Assembly: GCA_041677685.1 (NCBI GenBank)
Contig: JBAYPN010000024.1
Span: 1-10,697 of the forward strand
Length of the DNA: 10,697 nucleotides
Source: an archaeon
Lineage (GTDB): Archaea; Iainarchaeota; Iainarchaeia; Iainarchaeales; CSSED10-239
Direction: 5' to 3'
In this document: one piece after another, positions 6,477-10,697 of the stretch
Position numbering within the stretch: position 1 is the first letter of the stretch
Layout: each line of letters begins with the position of its first letter
Notes under the pieces: model-generated
Seen by the model: only the letters and a program-made list of their open reading frames with translations
Database searches by the model: none
Told to the model about the DNA's origin: nothing
Made by a program: the position numbers and the translations under genes

Positions 6477-7679
6477 TTATTTCCCAGAAATAATTTCAAT
6501 ACAGTCATTATTTTTAAGAGGATGATCTTTTCCTAAAAGCATTCTGGTCTTAACATCAATAGCTTTTATAAAATTTTTACCAAAGTCAGTATGTAGTTTG
6601 TAGGCAAAATCAATTGCTTTAGTTCCAGGTGGCATCAAGAAACAATCAGGCAAGACATTTCCTTCTTTGTCAACAAGTCCTTTTGTTCCACCAGGATAAA
6701 CACAAATATATTTTAAAGTTTCAAAAACTAATTTGTCCAGGATATCTTGGACACCAGTTGAACCAAAAACATCCAATATATTTTTTTGAATATAATCTAA
6801 AGCTTGCTTTTGTTTATCAGATACTTCTTCTTTAACAATTGTAAACTTATTACTTCCTGGCAAGTAATCAATAATCTTATTTTTGTCAGCACCCTTTAAG
6901 GCAGATTCACTTTCAGCAGAGCAAGGAATAATTAATAAATTTGGAAATTCTTTTTGTATTCTCTCTAAATTGTCAACGCTACCAGGCACATCAATTTTAT
7001 TTGCAGCAATAATAATTGGTTTGGATAGTTCCCTTATTTTTTGTGTAAACTGTAATAACTCTTCATCTGACCAATCAGAAATATTTTTATCAAAAAGATT
7101 ATTATTTCTTAAAGCTATAGATATTTCCTCTTCTTTTGAACCTAAAGTCGCTTTTAGATATTCACTTAAAACTGTTAATGTCTTTTGTTTCTGTACTCTT
7201 TGGGTAGTTCCAATCTTCACAAAATTCTTTTTAAAGATTCCAAACAACCATTGTTCAATTTCCTTTAACAAAAATTTAATTTCAAGTGTAGGATCATAAC
7301 TTCCTCTAGGTATATTTTTTCCTTCTTCATCAGTTGATCCTGAAACATCAATTACCTGTATTAAAGCATCTGCTTGATTTAGATCTGTTAAAAACTTATT
7401 TCCAAGCCCTCTTCCTTGACTAGCTCCTGGCACAAGTCCAGCAACATCAATTAAGTCAACTGGTATAAATCTAATATGGTTCTTACAAAAGCCATGTCTT
7501 GGGTTACATTGCACTTTTAGTTCTACATCCACGCAAGGATTATTTCTTACAAAACCAATTCCTTTGTTTGGTTCAATTGTTGTAAATGGATAGTTTGCAG
7601 ACTCAGCATCCATTAAAGTCATTGCTCTAAAAAAAGTTGTCTTTCCAACATTTGGTTTTCCAATAATTCCAATTAACAT
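6477..7679 (-). CDS. OBG-HflX-like P-loop GTPase of the YchF/Ygr210 type with C-terminal TGS domain
   Basis: 400-aa ORF.
- G1 GKPNVGKT (nt 7638-7661), followed by NYPFTTIEPNKG (the YchF/DRG-type switch I).
- G3 DVAGLVPGA, G4 NKID, G5 CSAE.
- C-terminal TGS-like segment LMPPGTKAIDFAYKLHTDFGKNFIKAIDV...LKNNDCIEII. Confidence 0.9.
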   Translation of the reverse strand: MLIGIIGKPNVGKTTFFRAMTLMDAESANYPFTTIEPNKGIGFVRNNPCVDVELKVQCNPRHGFCKNHIRFIPVDLIDVAGLVPGASQGRGLGNKFLTDLNQADALIQVIDVSGSTDEEGKNIPRGSYDPTLEIKFLLKEIEQWLFGIFKKNFVKIGTTQRVQKQKTLTVLSEYLKATLGSKEEEISIALRNNNLFDKNISDWSDEELLQFTQKIRELSKPIIIAANKIDVPGSVDNLERIQKEFPNLLIIPCSAESESALKGADKNKIIDYLPGSNKFTIVKEEVSDKQKQALDYIQKNILDVFGSTGVQDILDKLVFETLKYICVYPGGTKGLVDKEGNVLPDCFLMPPGTKAIDFAYKLHTDFGKNFIKAIDVKTRMLLGKDHPLKNNDCIEIISGK

Positions 7680-7713
7680 AATCTTCTCTTTTTATTCTTA
7701 TATTCTTTATTTA

Positions 7714-7752
7714 TTATTTTTACTTATCAATTATTTTTACTTATCAATTATT
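7714..7752. repeat. 17-bp direct tandem duplication TTATTTTTACTTATCAA x2 (7714-7730, 7731-7747) plus a 5-nt partial third copy
   Basis: Read directly; the two full copies are identical. It lies 35-73 nt upstream of the GTPase start codon (7679, - strand), inside the 199-bp divergent intergenic region. Confidence 0.9.
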
Positions 7753-7878
7753 AATTTAATATACAAAAGGTTTAAAAGAAAGTATTAAATATAAGTTTTG
7801 ACTATAATAGTAGTTGTGTAGTAACAAGAATATTAATTACAATTGTAAATTTAAAATTAATTTAAGATTATAAGAGGC

Positions 7879-8253
7879 TTGAAGATTTTGAAGTTAAAAA
7901 GAAATGCAAAAATTTCAATGTTTGTTTTTATAATTGTAGCTGTATTGATTGTTCTTGCAGGGTTTTTAAATTTGTTTTTAAATAGTTCTGATGGATATAA
8001 AAAGAATGAAAAAATTGCAATTGAGAATTGTATTACTTTGTGTAACTTAGAGGTTAGTAAAGGAACTCTACTTAATGATGGGCCTTGCCTTTCTGAAGAA
8101 ATTGCTCCTGGATGGGTTTGTGATGTTGCCCATAGCCCAAGAATTGATTTAATTGATAATAATCCTAATAATCGTTGTGAAAATTATGGGAAGAAAGGCA
8201 CTAAACATTATGTGGAAGTTACAGAAAAGTGTAAATTAATTAAAGCTAAATAA
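7879..8253 (+). CDS. Small (124 aa) signal-anchored, six-cysteine secreted/surface protein of unknown function
   Basis: - ORF with a basic n-region (KLKRNAK) followed by the hydrophobic helix MFVFIIVAVLIVLAGFLNLFL, then a soluble domain with six Cys (C51, C55, C70, C81, C100, C118).
- AGAGG (7873-7877) lies just upstream.
- The tracked start is TTG 7879, only 1 nt after the GAGG. In-frame alternatives are TTG 7888 (10-nt spacing) and ATG 7918.
- I recognise no family. Coding status is supported by ORF length in AT-rich DNA and by the signal-peptide-like architecture only. Confidence 0.6.
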   Translation: MKILKLKRNAKISMFVFIIVAVLIVLAGFLNLFLNSSDGYKKNEKIAIENCITLCNLEVSKGTLLNDGPCLSEEIAPGWVCDVAHSPRIDLIDNNPNNRCENYGKKGTKHYVEVTEKCKLIKAK

Positions 8254-8290
8254 TTTGTTTTCTGCAAATTATGTTTTCTTACTTTTTCAA
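8254..8290 (+). terminator. T-tract cluster downstream of the small-protein gene (possible archaeal oligo-T terminators)
   Basis: T4 at 8258-8261, T4 at 8274-8277 and T5 at 8284-8288, directly after the stop codon at 8251-8253. There is no strong hairpin. Background AT-richness weakens the call. Confidence 0.3.
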
Positions 8291-8454
8291 TTATTTAATT
8301 GTGGGTTATAATTAATAAAATTTACTCTTTTAAAGGTCTATAATTGTTTGGTTTTAGATTTAAGCTGTTTCTAGATTAAAAATTCTAATTTAATTGAATT
8401 TATAAGTTTCTTTTAAAAAATTTCTGAAAATCACTTAGGAACTCAACCAACCTC

Positions 8455-8462
8455 TTTATAAA
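8455..8462 (+). promoter_or_regulatory. Candidate archaeal TATA box (TTTATAAA) for the 23S rRNA transcript
   Basis: It matches the TTTAWA-type archaeal TATA consensus, about 170 nt upstream of the 23S 5' end, and is embedded in a locally C-richer tract (AACTCAACCAACCTC). A second TATA-like TTATATTA lies at 8479-8486. Position and consensus resemblance are the only evidence. Confidence 0.2.
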
Positions 8463-8489
8463 CTTACCTATCCACTAACTTATATTACC

Positions 8490-8511
8490 CAAGATAAGAT
8501 TTTTTATCTTG
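8490..8511 (+). other. Perfect 8-bp stem / 6-nt loop hairpin (CAAGATAA-GATTTT-TTATCTTG) in the 23S upstream leader
   Basis: The inverted repeat was read directly. Its function (leader structure, processing site or attenuator) is unknown. Confidence 0.5.
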
Positions 8512-8628
8512 AGTTTGACCGTAATTCTAATATTAAAAGTCTTTAATTTATTAAGGGCTTTTTCGGGATGAGAAAAGTAGGTGTTTATTCTCACGCAAGT
8601 TTTTTGTAAAAATGATTCTTAAATTTTT

Positions 8629-10697
8629 GTTAAGCCAATTAATGGATAACTTGGCTTGTGGACTGATGAAGGGCGTGGCAAGCTGCGATAAGCTTGGGGT
8701 AGGTGCATGCAACCGTCGATCCCAAGATGCCTGAATGATTCACTTATTGAAAAATAGGTGAAGGGGAACCCAGGGAATTGAAGCATCTTAGTACCTGGTG
8801 GAAAAGAAAACAATAGTGATTTTGTTAGTAGGGTCGACCGAAAGCAAAGAAGAACAAACCGAATCTCTTATAGTAATGTAGGAGACATGTGGTGTGACCT
8901 AGTTACTTCTTGAATATTGAAATCGAAGAAATCTGGAAAGATTTACCATAGAGGGTGATAGTCCTGTAGATGTTAATTATTCGAGAAGATTGCTGGAGTT
9001 CAAGAGTACTGCGCGTTGGATATCGCGTAGAAATACAGCAGACATTTACTGCTAATTCTAAATATACCACAAGACCGATAGTAAACGAGTACTGTGAAGG
9101 AATGTTGAAAAGTACCCTTAACGGGGGGTTAAAAGCACTTGAAATTAATTGGTTATAGTTCGAGTATGGCCTGAAAGGAATGAAGATAATTAATAAGTGA
9201 TAATGGGTAACTGTTAAAGCGTCAATTATCTGATCAGGGTCGTACTTTCCGTCAAGAAGCACGGGCGAGGGAGTTAGTATATGTGGCAAGACAAGGTGAC
9301 TTAAATCACTGTGTCGTAGGGAAACCAATTTGTCGCAAGATTCTGAGGACAGAGGTGTTAACTGTGCCTTTAGTCACATAAACTAGACCCGAAACCAGGT
9401 GATAAACTCCTGAGCAAGGTGAAACCAACCAACTGGTTGGTGGAGGCCTGAAGCGATACTAGTCTAACTGTTCGTATGACTTGGGAGTAGGACTGATAAG
9501 GTAATCTAACCTGGTGATAGCGGGCTCCTATCGAAATAACTCTAAGGTTAGCCTGAGTGGAGATAAATAATGGGGTAGAGATACTGATTAGGAAGTACTG
9601 GGGAGAAATTCTCACCTTTCTTGTCAAACTCCGAATCTATTATTATCTTAGAAGCTTAGAGTAGGGGATGGGGGGTAAGCCTCTATTCCAAAAGGGAAAA
9701 AACCCAAACTACGATTAAGGTCCTTAAATACAGATTAAGTGTAAATGCGAAAGGAGTAGTTCTCCTAAGACAATTGGGAGGTAGGCTTAGAAGCAGCCAT
9801 CCTTTAAAGAGTGCGTTATAGCTCACCAATCTAGGTGAATTGCCCTGAAAATTAACGGGGCTAAATCTGTTACCGATATCGTGGAGCACGAGCCATCGTG
9901 ATCTGGTAGATAGGTGTTTTGATAGAGCAGAAGGTAGGCGGTAACGTCTGCTGGATCTGTCAAAGATATGGATCCTCGCGATAGTAACATCAAAGAAATG
10001 TGAGAATCATTTCCGCTGAAAGGGCAAGGGTTCCTTAGCACTAATTTTTAGCTAAGGGTAAGTCGATCCTAAGTCTCTTCGTAAATCGAAAAAGACGAAA
10101 GGGAAACAGGTTCATATTCCTGTACCGATAAAGCACGTGTGGCAACGCAAGTATAATTTTTAACATTTTTGGCAGGGTAGTGTATGCTTGTCTGCATATT
10201 TAAATGTTATAAATCTCTGGAGAATTATAATGATGAGAAAGAGATTAAAGGCATGAATAGGAGAAATCTATTATCGAGGCCAAGAATCTATGAAAAGAAA
10301 ATTATACAGTGTTTTATTGTTCGTACCAAGAACTGAGAAAGGTGTCCCTAGCTGAGTAGGCTAAAGCGTAATAGGAGAATAAAGTTAAGGGAATTCGGCA
10401 AATTAGCCCTGTATCTTCGGTAGAAGGGGTGCTTACGGTTGCGTAAACTGTAAGTCTAAGTAACTAAGATGGTCCGACTGTTTATCAAAAACACAGGTGA
10501 CTGCTAGCCGGAAACGGTGTGTATAGTCACTGACTTCTGCTCACTGCTAGTACGTGAACGCCAGGTTCAACTGGTCTAAGCGCTGGTAAAGAGCGGGCCT
10601 AACTCTGAGGCTCTCATGGTAGCGTAATACCTTGCCGATTAAATGTCGGCTTGCACCAAGGAAGTAACGAGATCGTCACTGTCCCTAACTTTAACCT
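8629..10697 (+). rRNA. rrl: 23S (large-subunit) rRNA, 5' about two-thirds (domains I to IV), truncated by the window end; archaeal-type
   Basis: Collinear matches to universally conserved LSU tracts:
- CTGATGAAGGGCGTGGCAAGCTGCGATAAGC (8662-)
- GAACCCAGGGAATTGAAGCATCTTAGTACC
- AGTACTGTGAAGGAA
- GACCCGAAACCAGGTGAT
- the GTPase-centre tract GCTTAGAAGCAGCCATCCTTTAAAGAGTGCGTTATAGCTCAC
- GGGAAACAGGTTCATATTCCTGTACC
- GACTGTTTATCAAAAACACAGG
- GGTAGCGTAATACCTTGCC
- AACGAGATCGTCACTGTCCCTAAC, which resembles the archaeal/eukaryal AACGAGATTCCCACTGTCCCTA rather than the bacterial version

G+C is clearly higher than in flanking DNA. The 5' end is approximate (plus or minus about 10 nt), placed by spacing relative to GATGAAGG as in haloarchaeal 23S. 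Confidence 0.95.

Noticed and set aside
6629-7299. Plus-strand ORFs 6629-6835 and 6883-7299 inside the GTPase gene
   Set aside because: They are antisense to a CDS with complete G1-G5 and TGS motifs. The products have no recognisable features.
8254-8628. Search for a tRNA, 5S rRNA or 16S 3' end in the spacer upstream of the 23S
   Set aside because: By eye I found no GTTCRAATC-type T-loop, no acceptor-stem complementarity and no GC-rich structured segment of suitable length. A covariance-model scan would be needed for certainty.
8619-10041. Six ORFs (both strands) predicted between 8619 and 10041
   Set aside because: All fall inside the 23S rRNA gene, which is identified by many collinear universally conserved LSU tracts. 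ORFs of this size occur by chance in the relatively GC-richer rRNA sequence.
10141-10320. AT-rich block inside the 23S that might be an intron, insertion or expansion segment
   Set aside because: The conserved tracts flanking it are GGGAAACAGGTTCATATTCCTGTACC and CGTACCAAGAACTGAGAAAGGTG. They are about 195 nt apart, which is no longer than the corresponding E. coli interval (roughly 230 nt from memory). This is therefore the normal variable-helix region drifted toward genomic AT content. It contains no ORF and no bulge-helix-bulge-like flanks.
1-10697. Mobile elements, integrases, alternative genetic code or programmed frameshifts
   Set aside because: No transposase- or integrase-like ORFs and no terminal inverted repeats were seen. 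All six CDSs are long and uninterrupted under the standard code, with conserved motifs in a single frame.

Overview
This is a very AT-rich, tightly packed window, roughly 25-30 % G+C in the coding DNA by eye, and the gene content looks archaeal. A small-genome DPANN-like lineage is a guess only.

Layout, in order:
- A perfect 16-bp tandem repeat runs off the 5' edge and ends 2 nt before the start codon of an archaeal/eukaryal-type leucyl-tRNA synthetase (139-3003, +).
- 27 nt downstream on the same strand lies a 470-aa RelA/SpoT-homologue (3031-4443). It has a degenerate HD hydrolase region, an intact-looking alarmone-synthetase core and a TGS domain, but no C-terminal regulatory half.
- A membrane-anchored LivJ/type-I periplasmic-binding-protein-like solute-binding protein (4482-5621, -) has no transporter partner genes in the window.
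- It is divergent from a TrmB-family wHTH regulator (5742-6473, +).
- An OBG-HflX-like/YchF-Ygr210-type GTPase with a C-terminal TGS domain follows (6477-7679, -).
- Next is a small signal-anchored six-cysteine protein (7879-8253, +).
- From about 8629 to the window end is the 5' two-thirds of a 23S rRNA (+), with no 16S rRNA or tRNA upstream.

The most interesting item is the truncated RelA-like alarmone synthetase, apparently co-transcribed with leuS in an archaeal context. Secondary items:
- the repeat array that replaces a normal leuS promoter region
- the orphan binding protein/TrmB pair, with a TACT..AGTA palindrome in the shared promoter
- the unlinked 23S gene
- several small repeats and palindromes in the other intergenic regions

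No mobile elements, CRISPR arrays or tRNAs were seen. All minus- or plus-strand shadow ORFs inside the CDSs and inside the rRNA are rejected.
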